Assembly: GCF_964204645.1 (NCBI RefSeq)
Contig: NC_134025.1
Span: 2,976,001 to 3,040,000, forward strand
DNA: 64,000 bases
Source of the DNA: Tubulanus polymorphus
Taxonomy: Eukaryota; Animalia; Nemertea
Direction of reading: 5' to 3'
A program made the position numbers and the translations under genes. How positions within the stretch are numbered: the stretch's first letter is position 1; the number at the start of each line of letters is the position of its first letter. Under the pieces are notes generated by a model. The model searched no databases. It was not told where the DNA came from and saw nothing but the letters and a program-made list of their open reading frames with translations. Shown piece by piece: positions 39,116 through 55,000 of the stretch.

Positions 39116-42100
39116 TAGTTTGTTATATCCTGCACACTTTATCGTGTCTAGCCAAGTGATATTGACGGGATATTGGAAGACTGAACATTTCCGTTATCCG
39201 TCGTATCGGGTTTTACTTTAACCCCCTGTTAATGCCGTACGAGTGCGGGCGAAGTGAAGGAAAGTTTTTAAAAACATTTAATGCAACCTTATCAACAACA
39301 AACGAGTTTTAAAAGTGAAACTTTATGGTGTAACATGTCAATAAATGTGGTTGTGAAAAGCACTTTCCGCGTATATTTACCGATACTCGTACACCGAATG
39401 AAAGATTAAAATGATTTGTAATGTGACATGATTGGTGCATAATGAGACACGCGTTTAACGAACACTCAATTCATCTTTGAGACAGAAAAGCGATATCAGA
39501 TATAGACAATGATCCAGGTATCGACGAGGTAAAAATGCGGCGTACAAAATATATGCAGCATGTAATCCACGATTTTAGATGGAAGTAGCGAATGTTGGCG
39601 ACGATGAAAGCGTTTTTCGCATCAGTTGGGATTCGAAACGGGGGAATTATGTTGGGTTTATTAAATTTGCGATGTCAAATAATCGTGTTTAGCGCATTTG
39701 CATACATTGAATTAAAACTGGCAGTTGATTTAGTCGTTGTTTGAAAGAAACTCGGAGGAAACGCACGATATTGACACAGTGACTAGCACGATATGTAGCA
39801 TCTTTGCTTACGCCAGGGGTCCGTAGACACCTTAGTATATACCTTTATACAACCTTCGGTCCATGAACATAATCATATGAATACAATATCAAACCTATAT
39901 CCCAACGTCCTATATAGATATATTTTGTAGGTTGTTCATAGAGAACTATCTCAAATTCTACTAATAAAATTCATCATTATACAGTGTACTATGCCTTTTT
40001 CTTTTGTTTTCCTTTGTTCACTTGAAATTCTCTTCATTCGTTTATTCATTAATCATTGTACAGCTGTTTTGTTTTTTTTTGCACGGGGCTGGGCGGTCTG
40101 TGTCTCTTAGATTACAGCAAGATTCTATCGTAAGAACTATTCGTATCAATATTATTTTTGTTATATGCTGAATCCAAGAAAAACTAAATATCAGATCATC
40201 ATATCATATATTTACAGCATTCAGTTTTCATTTGTTCGTTCAATTCATCCATTTTTCACCACCCTCGCACTTCACAAAGTCTACGTTGTTATCAATTGTT
40301 CGTATCAAATTGTTCGTTACTGTCAAATTTGCTATCCGTAGATTATTGACAAATGTTATTTTCTGCAGACTTTTCTTGAATCCGTTGGAAACTGTTCACG
40401 TAATTGTATCATTATTGGCCATTAGCCACAATTACGACGCCAACAAACTGCCTAATTGCATCCGACACATTAATTTCGATGGTCAATCCCTCGTCGGTGA
40501 CTTGAGAACACGTCATATTGCAACACTTATACGAAGCGCCCTATCACTTCAACAGACCTTAAACCATGCCAACACCAACTGCATAACCCGAGTATGTTCG
40601 ATGTTTCGAACGTCAGAATTAGATTTCTAAACAATTTACCGCGCAGTATCACGAATGTTTATTTTTAGTTCTATTCACTTATGATTTGACAAGTAGTCGA
40701 TGACACATGCGAATTCGTGATTAGATATCTAATCTACGCGGTCATCATTAAATCTAATTGAATCGAATTGAAATTTCACGGAAAGTTCAACCTACACAAC
40801 TTATTATTATCATTTAGCTAATTATTTCAAATAATTCGATATTCGAACCTAATCGAACTGATTATGTATACAGAAGTTTGATATGTGATGTATCGATGCA
40901 AGATTGATAAGATATCATGGGCAATAATAGAATAATCGTAGGCAAAGATGTATACAATTAGTGATAATTGGTAATATCTGCTGGGAAATGATACCAGACA
41001 CTGGGTATATAATCATCATCATTATGATTATAATATGGTTACTTTATCCGCCCAGGTAATCATCAGTTCACTTGAGAATGTGCAATTGCAGATTAATCGA
41101 AACCTTTTACCTATAAAATAATGTTACTGATAGAACGATGTGAAACCCCTCCCGAACAATACGAAAAACAAAAGTCAGTCTGGAAAGTTGCCTTGAGCTT
41201 TTGAAATAATTCACAGCTCAAGGAAAGTGAACAATGCATCAGAAGAAACCTTCGTGCACGTTTTTCTTGTTGTCTCGTTGGATTTGACTGTATCTTCGTT
41301 TCAACATGGACAAATTACTGTTACCGGTATATTAGATTCTATATATTTTGAATAGAATATTTCAAAGGTAAAAGCCTTAGTATGGAAGCAAATGGCTTGA
41401 TAAGATCACTGGGAATTGCGAATGTCGAATGGATACTCCCTCGATGACCCATTGATAATGTGGAGTATCAGAATACTTTTTTTTTCGAATGTATGACGAG
41501 CACAGTCGATGAAATCCCTAATGACGAGTATTCCCACGTATGATATTCGACGCCTATTGTGCGCATAATGAAATATGAAAAACGAAACGTGAAAGGAATA
41601 ATTCAAAGCTATTCCTTGGATGATGTAGCCTTGATTCGAAAAATGGAAATGATGGTATCGAAGTTTCAGGAAGCACGGTCACTCCCGATTCGTTATCATC
41701 GTGGGTGGTTTCTACTGAGACCTTGAGGATGAAACGAACCGTATCAACAAACGCGTAACCGAAATGAAACGGTCGACCATCCATGACATGACATCATCCT
41801 TTCTGATTTATCACTCGGGGAATGGGAAGAATGCGACAAGACGCCTTAATAAAATACATCGCAATTCATCATATCTCGAACGCAGAGCGATGGACAATGT
41901 TTTGTCGTCGGTAACTTTTCAAACAAGCGGGGAATTAATACCGGTTAACTGTAGTAACATCGGACAAACTTATGATTGAAGAGGCACCTGCAGTAAAATA
42001 GAAATACGATGCACGACGAACTAAGCAATTCCGGCAACATGAGCGCCAGACCAAAACGACCATCGTTAGAACGTTTAATTCCTCGCTGTATCTGGTGGAA

Positions 42101-42868
42101 AAGCTTCGACGACATCGACTAAAAGCTACAATAATCGCGGCTGATGTTCGTGCTAGAAAATTAAACGATATCTCGACTCAGGGTCTCAGGGTATTTATTA
42201 TCTTCGTGAAAAACTTTACTTCGCTAAATTACGACTGTCCACCTAAAACTAACAGCTTTTATTTCTCCGTCACGTCGTTTCAAATGTAGTTTCAAGAATG
42301 TTTGCCATGTTCAGATATAATTCATCTAGGTAAACGTGATACTCGAAACGAGTTCGTGACTCGCGTGTCTTGAGTTGCATTCAACGCTAATTTGATTCTA
42401 AGTCGAAGATTAAAGCTAAAATAATTTCCTTGCACAAATTGAGTCAAAGAATCAATGAAATATTTTTCCACGACTTAAAAGATGATGGATTCGCAATTGA
42501 AAATCATTTTAAAAAAGATCCTGGCTTTCATTCAGTCGATCTAGCATTTTACGCGATGAAATATATATATACATATGTTGCATTGAACATTATTTTAAGC
42601 TTTTCCTTTATTGAATAACATGTTCGAAATCTTTTTTTATCAAGAGTTCATGGAAAGAGCGCTATAAAGAACGATTTTCATCAATTATCGTTAAAAGTAT
42701 ACAATTCATTACTCTTACCTGCTAATGCACACATAACCAAAACTACACAAGCCTTCATCTTCTTAATTAAAAATCCTAGATAGGTGTCCCAGACTCCGGT
42801 CTAATGTTCGTCGCTCTTCTCTTTAATATACCGACGATTGCTACAACTAGCAGTACTAATCACTTTGC

Positions 42869-42886
42869 CACGTGACGTCATCAGTT
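42869..42886 (+). promoter_or_regulatory. Overlapping E-box/CRE directly followed by an Inr; candidate promoter of the downstream plus-strand gene
   Basis: CACGTG (42869-42874) overlaps TGACGTCA (42873-42880), then TCAGTT (42881-42886). A CpG-rich leader follows, then a donor ATG TGC AGG|GTAAGA at 43095-43103 that is phase-compatible with the exon at 47973. Confidence 0.5.
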
Positions 42887-43094
42887 ACGCGGCAGTGTGT
42901 TCCAACGAGAGACGACGCGCCTTCGCGGAGATCCCGTCGCTAGCAGATCCCGGTTTTCATTTATTTCATATCGTCAACCGGTTGAAGTACCAGAAATCAC
43001 AATCATCGCTCACTCACTCAAAAGAACTCTAAGATATAGTTTAGACCTAAAACACCGCAAAGATACCTGTAATAACTGAATTTAAAGGTAGCGA

Positions 43095-46000
43095 ATGTGC
43101 AGGGTAAGATACAGGGAACACAGTCTTTGATCTTCGCATTCAAAGAATTATGCGTTCAAATACGAAAGCAGTACCGTAAGAAAATTCATATCAACACACT
43201 TCTCCGCCTGTCGCATTGTTTACCAACAGAACCATTGTGAATTGCTTTTTAATGAATACCGATTTAAATTCATCAGTTGCAAAGCTTAGTTGCGGATGTT
43301 AAGGCTACATTTACCTACAGTTTCAGGCGAGTTGGTAATTCACGTGGGTGATGATATGACATGAACCAATAGGAAACTAGTTGAAACCACCTGCAAGCGA
43401 TACTTGGCTTCACAAACAGGGATAAAACAATTCATCCACCAAGCCATGAACTGATGCTGGGAACCAATTTACGCCACAAGACATCATGCTGACAGTATTG
43501 TGGCTGAATGTAGTAAAATGCTCAACTTAATATGTATATTCGCGAGAAGATGGTTCTTACTTGCTCAACGCACCAACCTTGTTAATGAGGGTAAAATTGT
43601 ATCTCAGCAGGCGGTACTCTTTTTCTAAAGCAAAATATACCTGACTTCATCTAAAACTACAACTCCTTTCTTCTTTATATGAAATATCTTCCTCAATCTC
43701 AATCGACTAGATTCTAAGAAAATAGGCACTTTTGATGCGAAGATCAGTTTAAGATCCAGCAAATACCGACTTATGAAGGTATTAACTTTTTATCTGAGTA
43801 GAGGATACCATTACGTCGATAACAAGACGATCCCACGAGCTTGAAAAGATGAAATTCCTTGCCCGGGAGTCCCTGCTACCCACGCCATGTCGTTAACGCA
43901 TAAATGACTCAATGGCCTTTTACATCAATTGCCTTATAGAGTTTCAAATTGAGAGTAAAACTTGTAAGAGAATATTCCCTTTGAGAGTTCATAGTATGAA
44001 TCGTAAGATAGTACTTCAATGTTTAGAGAATATTCATGTATACTGTTGCTTTATAGCCAACATAATTTCATCATAATGCTTTGAAGAAATTCTAGTCAGC
44101 ATTTTCTTTTTACCAAAAAGCGTTGCGCTAATATCATTATAGTGTTGATAGAGCGTGGCGAGGTATTCATTTCATAAGCCGGATTATTCCATTTATCATC
44201 CACTATATCCTTCGCGTAATGTTTGATATCAAAAACTGATTGTCCTAGCCGCTCGCCGAGCGCCAGTTAAGCAGGATAAGTTAAACGTTATTTCATGCTC
44301 AATTACGAGTAACCGACAACCTAAACCATATGATAATCTGAGAACGGACGTGAATTTACTGATTCACAATCTCAATGAACATCTCATTTCATTTTCTAAA
44401 TTAAAGCCTTCCTCCAACTTCTCAATGATTTCGCTCACGACGAACGATTGATTTACATTTTCAGAAATTAAATTGGGACCACTTAAAACAGCAGTGATAA
44501 ATACTTCGTCTGCCAAAGCTTCAATATTTCACACGATTGCCAAGGCAACGATTAAGCGAGAAACGTCATTTTTCACATCGTCGGTAGTGTTGACATTATA
44601 TCTAGTGACGCCGGGGAACCATCAAAACACCTTAAAACACTCGACATCATAATCGTGCTTTATCAACGCCACATGGACAATTATTGTCCCTACTTATCAG
44701 GCAGACGTGAGGCGAATTGACAACGTAGGACAGCTTAGATTTTACATCTACTGCATGTAAGACCTGACTGCCAAATGGCACCTCCGTTGCTTGGCAAATT
44801 GTTGAGGAGCCGCGTAAGCTGCCAGTGGGGGGTCGTTAGGAAGCCCACTCGTGGCACATGACACGCATTCAGGTAAATGTGATAAAGACTAGATGCCCAC
44901 CAACGGGAATTCGCAATTCGCTCCTTTAAATTTCTAGTGTGAATTTCTGTTAAATAGAACTTCACATTTCCCAATTGGAAAGAGTAAAAAGAGCCAATCA
45001 GTGTAGACTAAGATAACAATATTGTCGGACTGAAATTACTACCAAATCTGACCAGAGACTTTAGTCGAAATAACAAGTGTATTGGAATGAAATCATGAAG
45101 GAACAATGACGGGAATTACAAAACAATTTAACCAGTGCCGTTGAATCAATCTTCTCGATGAAAGACGAAGCATCAACTTCACGGGGAGTTGCGCTTTATG
45201 TTTTTCTGTTACATGGTGAGCGACGACAGCTTCACATGCAGTGCTAATAATTCCCTATTATAAACGCAATTTTCTATTAGAAATTGGAAGAAACTAACAA
45301 GAGAGTTTCTGGTTACGACAACGGTTACTGAAGCAATATATGTTTATTGGTAAAAGCTGGGACGGAATTGCTAGTTGCCATCGACAGAAAACGAACGTAG
45401 ATGACCTCTAGCTTGTCAAGACGACCTCAGTGAATTCGCAATCTTACGTTCAGCGTATTCCCCAATAGACCTCTCTGCCAGAAGAAATCTATTTGTTCGT
45501 CGATGGTTTGTCCCAAGAGTGAAGAAACTTATTAATCTTTTCAATACCTTTCTGTAATAAAGAATCGTAAATTTCAATTTAGAAAGTCATTCTTCTATTT
45601 CGTTTTGTTAAAATCGAAAAGATCTTATTTTCACCGTATCGTCTATTTACATCTAATCTACGTAACTCTTATTCTTAACCAGTTCACGCATGTCAACTCC
45701 AGAATCCCGTTTAAGGCAGGAGATAATCGTGATCAACAGACTTTTTTGATTTCACCTTTGTATTGTATAAGCAAGAAAGTATCAACATCAAAAAGATGTC
45801 ATCTATGTTATCTGATTCTCAATCTTTTATGCGTATCAGCGGCAGAACTACAATTTTCCAAAGATATCCTGATATCTTACTTATATAGCCTTGAAGGCGT
45901 AATATTACGAATGAGTTGGTAGGTAGGCCTACTGGATCTAAAGCTATGTTGCCTGTAACTTTATTATATTACGGGGGTGAAAATGACCAATTTCACATGA

Positions 46001-49000
46001 ATACTAGATTAATAGTCATCGAAACGTCATCGTGACCGGATTGGTAATCCGATAGACTTCCGAGCGAACTTCTTATTTCGGATGTAGATAGCTTATAATC
46101 GAAGTCTGAATCCAAAGCTTTTCGCAACGCATTACAAAATGATCGTGTATCACATCCGTAATTCATGATGTATCTAAAAGGTTGCTGAAACCACCGATAT
46201 GAAAATAGTGTTGTTACGTGATTCACTAAATTGAACGTGAATAGGTGTAATGGATGTACAGATGATCGAGAAGTCAGGTTTAGCCATAAAGGATTTATAA
46301 TACACTGTTAGTTATTCGGTCGTAACATGGTGTTATTGCTGGTTTTCATTCGTTTATATCAGGCGAATCCCTTATAAAATGTATTATGGTTCATGTCGAT
46401 ACATAAAACCCCGAATAAACCTGGTACTGATGAAACCCGGATGGTATAATCCAGAAGATAGTGAATATAATCATTCTTATTTTGCTTCCTCTGTTGAGTG
46501 GATCCGCGTTGAAACGCTCGAAGAAGGCATCATTCACGGTGACTGTAGCCTAAATTTGTCTGGTTTGATGAATGCCCGTGTTAGGCCTATTTTAATGACT
46601 TTTAGTGCGGATTCAAAATATGGAAGGGTGAAAGGAAAACATTTTTAAGAAAATGGAAATTTTCGGCGCTATAAATTGGAAGGGAACAGGGAAAAGTAAG
46701 AATACATTTTTCTTATTATTCGAGTATTTTCCGCATAGAATCTTGGAAGGACTACAAAAAGGAGTGAAAGTTATGTTTGAATTCAAATGATTGGAGAAAC
46801 AAAGAGAACAAATTTTTTCGAATCATTAGTTCAAAGACGATAAAAAAACTTCTTTTAATATGACGTTTTTGGTGGAATTCCAGACGGCGGATCCGTATTC
46901 CGTAAGGTGATAAAAATGCCTTATTTCACTTAAAGACCTCCTAAGCTCGTTTCAGTTCAAGAACTATATACATTCTCATATATAGTCATAGTACGTCATT
47001 TCAAAAGAAATTATTACGAAGCTCATATATAACATTACCGGTCGCATCCTGTTACGCGGCATATGAATTATCACATATATCACTTAAAATTCTAGTCTCG
47101 TGAATATCATGTATCATCATACGATACGATTTTGTCCTGGTCGATTCACGATTAACTAAAATGGGAATATCATGCTCTTTCATGAGAAGACGAGGTAATT
47201 CTTTCTAAAACCGATGATGATATCGAGATTACAAATAATGCAGAACGAAACCAACAATACAAAGGCAAATTATGAGAGAGAATTTTCAAAAATAAAACGT
47301 TTTTGATAATGGCTCATAGTATTTGAGTTGAAACGTCAAAATGTTCTAGTAGTTTTTCTTTGTATTGTGAGTTTTATTCATCAATTAGATTAGACAGACA
47401 CTTGTCAAATGGAAACCATCATAAATATGTTTATTTGTATTCGTCATATGTATCATTATATTCGTTATATAATTGAACGAAATGGAAACATGATATTATG
47501 GTGCCTGATATTACAAGCTCTGCTTTCCTCTGGTTGCCCTGCTGTCATTTTACATCAGTTTACATATATTTTGTATGAATCAAATTAATCATCTATTGTA
47601 ATTTTGTCTGGTATTTATTTATTGATGTAAATTATTCAGGAAATAAATAAATAAATAAATGAATAAAACATGGATTTTTCAGTTTATGACCGTTTATCTA
47701 ATCGACACTGTCAATGACTCTTATGCCTGATTAAGTTTAGGTTAATGTTAATCGAATTTAAGTTTTTGCGCTGAACTTGTGTTACAGTTGTGCCGGCCAG
47801 TATAGAATGCCTTAGTGTGATCGATATTCGAAATACGAACGTCGCGATTAAACCGAATATGAATTCACGAACAAGTGTGAGTACTGAAAAATGAGTCCAG
47901 ATCATGCGGTATGATCATATATTACATCAACCCATTACAAGAGTGATAATCCAAATGTGTTTTCCTCCACAGGCAATTGGTGGAAGTACTATAACAAAAT
48001 CGAGTAATCGAATGTCGACAGTTACGCAGAGCCAGGAGAGGGCACGGGGTATTATCGATGCTGTTATAACCAGTTCAGTCCCGTGTCCTGCCATCATATT
48101 AGAGCAGTTTGACACGCGAACCTCTGTAGCTATCAAACGGGGTGCAGTCGTCATGTTGACTCTTTCCGATGAAAATACCTCCGAATGGGAACCATTGTTA
48201 CTGCTGAATCCTAGAGTAGATTGGGGCCTTTTGGTGCTCGAAAAACAAGGTATATTATTGTTATGTATATCTACTAGACATAACTAATCAGTGGAGATTT
48301 CAGTGATTTTTACACGGTATTTGATTAACTGATCAAATTGCATATAACTAAACGTAGGTGCGCAGGGTAAACTGGTTTATAAATCTCGTAAGGAAATACG
48401 ATTTTTTTAGAAAACCTTTCAAATTAATCAAATTCAATATGATTTAAGTTCCAGCAGTTTTACCGGATTTGATTCTTGATGACACGTATAGAGTATTCGC
48501 CATACTGAAAGAGACGAGTCAAATACATAGCGAAATTCAGGTGTTGGCACAGATTGGTCAAAGAGAAGTAAGTATCATTCTCATTCCCTAAAACATTCCC
48601 TAAATCATAGATTCTAAATTTTTCTGCACATAGAAAACAATATGCTCTTTTCGTGGCTCTGTTTTTATCCGTTACTTCTGCTTAACCGGACGGATCAAAT
48701 TAGTTCGTCTGTTGTGGCAGAAAAACACACAGCGCAAATAACGGACGCAGAAACGAACTTCCGTTACAAACGGAGACACGGCATATTGCTTTTCTTTAAT
48801 TGGCCCGAACCATCTACCACATTATTTCGTCAGATGTATTTCATAAGTAATATTTTCAACATCGGCGGGTTATATCTCGTGTCACCAGTCGTTTCGCGAC
48901 GACGTGAATCGAAAGAAACGATCCCCAATAGATGGTGCGCGCAGAATACAACAATAATCCCAGGAAACATATTCGACTTTCTCTTCCGCTATCATCTGTC

Positions 49001-52000
49001 GATGTCTGATAATTCATCAAGTATAAGATACAAAACGAATCCATTTGAAGAATTATCTATACAAACAGAGAAAAATGAATAAATGAAGATTCTGAACTCC
49101 CTTAAGACGCCGAAAGATCTATCATCATTTGCGCTAAACTTATATACTGTTAATATCTATTTGAGCAGTCGATGATAACAGACTTGATACCATCAGATTT
49201 TCACTAATTTTAAAGTTCAGATCTAGCAAAGTGATTTAAACTCAAATTTAAAGCAAGGCCATCGCAGCAGTTACCTAGGCAACCGATTATGAATAATTCA
49301 CACGTCGTGAACCCACGCCTGGAGGCCGGAGTCTCTCCGTGCTCAATCTTCACCAAACAAATCCGTTGACACAAATGTTACAAAATCCTGAAATCAAATA
49401 AGCATGTAAGATTGCAGAGAATCTGTGAGATGCATTTAGACTTTATTTCCTTGGGACATCGTTAGAGACGAATTGTTTAAGTGTATTTTATAGATTTGAA
49501 TGGTTTTATTTGTACAGGTGATGTACCAAACCTACGTGGATAGCGACAAGGTGGCAACTGATAGTGCATTCGCATACCTATTACAAGCCTGGTTAACGGA
49601 AAGAGGTCCGCTCAGAAAACTTAAGGTACATATACTATATTATGATTTTCTAATTGTCATGTGATCAATAGCTCTACATAGATTCTTCAAATTCTATTTG
49701 AAAGTATTCTCTATTCGCACGCACATAAAAAGATGATTAGATAATTCAATATCACAGACAGCTGCTACTATCGACTAAACGCCGTATTTGCTTATGAAAT
49801 TCTTTAAATCTTGAGATATATCATGACGTCATTCCCTGTAATGCATTTGTTACGAAGACCGATGTATATGGATTTAGCTACAGCAGATGTGTCCGAGGTT
49901 AAAGGGGAGATTAAACAAGATTGAATACCCTTCAGGACATGTGGAAGCTCGTATCAAACAGTCGGGAAATTGAAGCGTCGTCGATTCCCGGTATTAGATT
50001 TGCTTCAGTGCCAAGAGTTGTGTAACATATGTCGCGAAAATGATCCATCAAGTTGTAGTGAAAACTAACGTCTATACTTACACATACATATCACAGTTTC
50101 TACACTGATAAACAATCTAATTCCGTTACATTCTGACAACGCTGCCTATTATATATAGTCGGAAACGAGGTAAAACTACGCATTGAGTCACGAAAATAAT
50201 CCATCAAGTAGTCGGAGACATTTTCGTCAAAATGAACAGACAACTCTTTCCATACGGCGTTTAAATTCGGATTCAGATGAATTTTAGTTTACATTACACA
50301 TAGCATACACTGTCAGGCGTCTATAGTCCGGCCCGGTACCCATATTGTTGTAATTTGAAGGTCTCACTGTGAGATCTGTATTTAGACGTATGATGGGCGT
50401 TAGGTAAGTTTCAATTGAGCACGTATTACGATTTAGGAATAGAAATTCAGAACTACAAACTTTCCAGATTTACAGGTTTACAGATTATGCTATTCGGGAA
50501 TAGGTATAGAGCTTATTATGGTTAAAGCGAACGCACCAGAAGAGAATTCCGGAATCGATAGACTCTACAGACCAATCGAAACCTGCCGTAGTTTATAGGT
50601 CTATGCTCATCTGGATTATAGCCCCGGCTCTAAAGAGAAACTCTAAAGAGTCCATGATGCGGATTGGTTAGATCCCTTCTTTCTTGAAATCCGCTTTCAC
50701 ACTCTAGAGTAGGATTGAGCGATAACGGTCATTTGCAGCTATCCATATCGAGGTCTATTTTGTACGAGTCTTATTGGCAACGGTAGTAGTATCTTCTCCA
50801 ATTTATTTCATGAGTTCCCGCTGAAGAATACCCCCAGGTTGACTCCTCGATGATGCTTTAAACCCGCTGGGATCCGGTGAATTTTGTCACAGTTGAAGCA
50901 GTTTATTAGTGTTTATACGAATTGTACCCGCAGCTACGTGGAAATATCAAGTATCTATACGTATTGAGCCGCCAGTTAGAAGACAAAGTATACTCATTAA
51001 AGTATCTGGAACTTGGGGATAATGAAAACATCAGGTAGCAGTTTGATACCATATAACGCTCGACGCCAGATGTCGCAGTGTGATCACTAATGCCAATCGG
51101 TGATTTGCTTGGTACGACGACTGGTTTGACGATCGAAAGGCAAGTAGAGAACTGTGGTTTACATCTCGGCGAGGAGGGAATTAAGTCGTTCGATGTGTCA
51201 TTATTCCTACCGATTCGGGTAAGTTTTGAGATGGGAATGATATGTCAACACCCAATTACATGGTAATGAATTGAAGAATTCCGTATAGATTTCTCGATCA
51301 ACATTAACTGTTGTAAAGACTCCACTGAACTTTACAACTGTTAATGATGATCGAAATATGCATGTTAGCAATACAATCTGATATGTAAAACCTGTTATTG
51401 GACAGTGGAATAGATGCTTAGATTTTCTATTAGAGTGAACGCATTCTCGATAATGACGTCAATTCCACCGAATGAATACGCAATATTTGATGACTATTTG
51501 AAATCTTCTAAATGAGAAACATTTATTTGATGTTCGATTTGCATAAGTTAATTTGCTTTAAGGTGCTTTACTTTTGACGCTTCGTCGCGTTATGTGAATT
51601 CCAATTTCAGAGGAGACACTCCTTCACTCGCAGGGCTGGGAATATAATTAGAACCAAGACTAAAACCCACTGTATACAAAATTAGAAGGCTGCAAAGAAA
51701 ATATATTTATTTAAAATTTGTTAAAGAATTGATCATCATCCGCCTCTAGAGAGAGTTCGAAACGTCGCATCATTTTCATTTTTGATAAATGAATTTCGTT
51801 TTTGATCTCTAAAATCTGTATGCAGCGAGTTTCAAAACTCCACCACGTCTGAGTGTACGGGCTATTCTACAATCGTTTTAGAAGCTGCACCTTTAAGGAC
51901 CCTACACGAAGTATCGGTGTTGATTGGTATCTGTGTCGGTGATAACGGCAACGACAGTAATAAGTAATCATATTCGACACACGCTTATGACGGTCATACG

Positions 52001-55000
52001 AAACTGCTTCCAATTTAGCCGTCTAACACTTTGACGCTTAATGATGGACTCCAAAATTCCACTCCATTCTTTGAATAATGAATTACTTTCATCGCTACAC
52101 GCTTATTTACAGTAACCATTTCATATACGAATGACGAGAATATACATGTAAGATTATATTTCAAAATGATTTTTTTTTCTATCGGGCGTTTTTTATGTCG
52201 TCGTCTCCAAAGGCTTAGTGGTTTATTTTTAGGTTTTGCTTTTGTGGTCGCTCCGTAACTTTCCTAAAGCACAAATACAATAGGTTGTAACTCCCTTTCC
52301 TAAGGCTGCAGTTAAAACGACTGCAGGGAATTTGATATTTATTCATTTGGGAATTCAGGTAACTTAGTCACCCACCAGATGCGATTCTGCAAATTTTTCT
52401 CATTTCCTTTTACCATTCGGAAAAGAAAATAAACGATATCTACTCCATCGTGATTCCCCAGACCCATTAAATAATTTTTATTTTTTTCACGTTATAGTCC
52501 TATGTTCATCTCATTGTGATATTTCGATTCATTCTGGTGACTAGGCTTACGTTAAAAAATTGAAGGGAAAACTTCCACGCCTCTGGTAACAGGCGATATT
52601 GAGGCACTGTGATGAATCGTTAACTAATTGCACACAAAATTTTTACTCGAAGAAGTTTGCATTTTTTCGTCACAATTTCCTGTCATGCGTGTGGGTTTGT
52701 CGTTGTCTATTTCTAGTTTGTTTATCAGTTGAGAATGAGGACCTTGTCCGTCATTACGAGTCATATCAGTAAAATGTACGGTAGATGTATGGTATTATAT
52801 GATAATTACAGAGATATGTAAACATTGAAAATCATGACATGCATTTATTTTTGATCGGCCGGAAACTTGCTTTATCGAGCAGAATATGATGCGTGTGTTT
52901 GCATGGCCTTGTCTCAAGGTCGATTGACCAATGTTGTCTTTCTAGATAATCAAGCTCGCGTCAATTAGATTATTCTCCGTAGACATGATACCAGCGATGT
53001 AGCCACCAGATTGTTATTGGTAAAACAACTAATGAGAGACTGTTGGTTGATTGATGCAACTTTGGGAGACGGATGGAACATTTCACAGATAAATTCTAGA
53101 AGTTTCACGAAGTTTCATCGTGACTTAAGAACTTTGTGCCACGCAACATTTTGCCTCTGGTTTTTTGGATGCATTAGATAATCCAGAGAAATTGAATTCG
53201 AACTGAATTCATTCCGGATATATTACAATCAGTTGACTGCTCAGCCCCTTTTGTGTAAAAATATGTCTCTATCACATCTGTCATAATATAGATGTTTTGC
53301 ATGCGATGAATTCGATACGCATGTTTGGATGGAGAAAATTCATAGAAAAACGCAACAGATATAACAATTCATATCCGCGTTGTGCTGGGAATATTCGCTT
53401 GGCGGAAATTTGCTGTCAAATGTTTGAGTTCACCGGTAAATAAGAAAGAAAATCTGTATGACTAGGAAATAACATTGGTCTGTCTGTCTCAGGAGAAATA
53501 CGGCTCATTTCCCCGGTCTTAGTTTTTTTAACTCCATGTTTTATGAACGGATATGTCGTAGTTAGGCTATCATTATTCGCTTCTGCCTTTCAAACTTTTC
53601 CCGACGGTGACGACGATTTTTGATATGTTAAAAATTCGAATCTACCTGGCACCGGCACGATTACTGGTGACAACGCGACGAATACCTTCTTCTTTCATGG
53701 ATTAATCTGAAACGCGATACCCGCTAAATCACAAACTGATATTCATTACCGCACAGAAAAGCACGAGTCATCGGCGAGATGCCAAAAATAATCAACGAAT
53801 ATCGAGAGGAAATTTATCATCTCAACTCGGTATCGGCGCTGTTCTTAAATGTAAATTGATCCTGAATAAACCGTATCGACTGAAAGAGATCTAATTCTCG
53901 TAGTAACGTTTGATATCATTTTATACATTGCTCGAGGTCGTTCCTTATTGTACGGTTTTCGGCAGCTACTATAAGCCGAACATTGAACAGTTGTCTCGAA
54001 CGCTATGAAATTTTACTCAGGGTGCTCAGTTATGAGTTATCTCCAACATAATTGAAGACTGGATCGCTTTTATGTATATCGTTCCCCGGAAGCTGTACGA
54101 ATTAAACTAATCCTGCTAATAGGAAGTAATGGATTCACGTCTGTCCCAGGATCAAACTTGCTTCTAATACGTATCTGAGCGGTGTAAAGCTATTCTATCA
54201 AAGGGTCCAGTAGCTATCTCAAATTGAGATTGAATTGGTTCGTCTCCAGATTGTAGGGCTTACGTTTCGGCGATAACCAGTTATATACATGTACATATAT
54301 ATACGTGGACCCCTGATACGTAATTTCCTCCCTTCAATATATCTCATTTGCAAAATTGAGGGCGAATAGAACCATATGGGTTCGGTTTCTACTATATAAC
54401 GTATACAGTCTAACGTTATTACGGACTGATTGGATGGAAACCCCGCGGAGGTTTGTGATTATTAGAGACGCCATGATAAAAAATTAAACGCAAGAAATCC
54501 CGCAGCAAATATATCCTCACTAATCAGTTGTTATGACAACTTATTAATCAGATTATCGATCACCAATTATCAACATTTATGGTCAATCGATGTGAAGAAT
54601 CAATTGATTGCACAGGAATTTGATGTATACAGGTTTGTGTTGATATGTAACAATATTAGATTAGATATCGGTCTTTGGATTACTTCATTTTCGTGTTTGT
54701 CGATCATTGTCAGTGTCATGGCACTGACATTGACACTGGCTGGCACCGCATCAACGTATTTTTGATGTCAGTTGTCTGTCAAAAATTTACTTCATTCTGT
54801 CGATTTTACAAATCAGTTCGAGTCTTAGAGTTATAAAACCTTCTCTCATTTTGTTTTCGGTCATAACGTTTGAGGTAATTTTACGGACGTGAATTCCCTA
54901 CGCCGTCCCTGTCGTGATATTGACTCTCTCTCTATCTCGCTCTCTTTCTCTCAACATTCAAATGATATCTCAACTCAAGACATGTTCGAGTGATCTCCTG

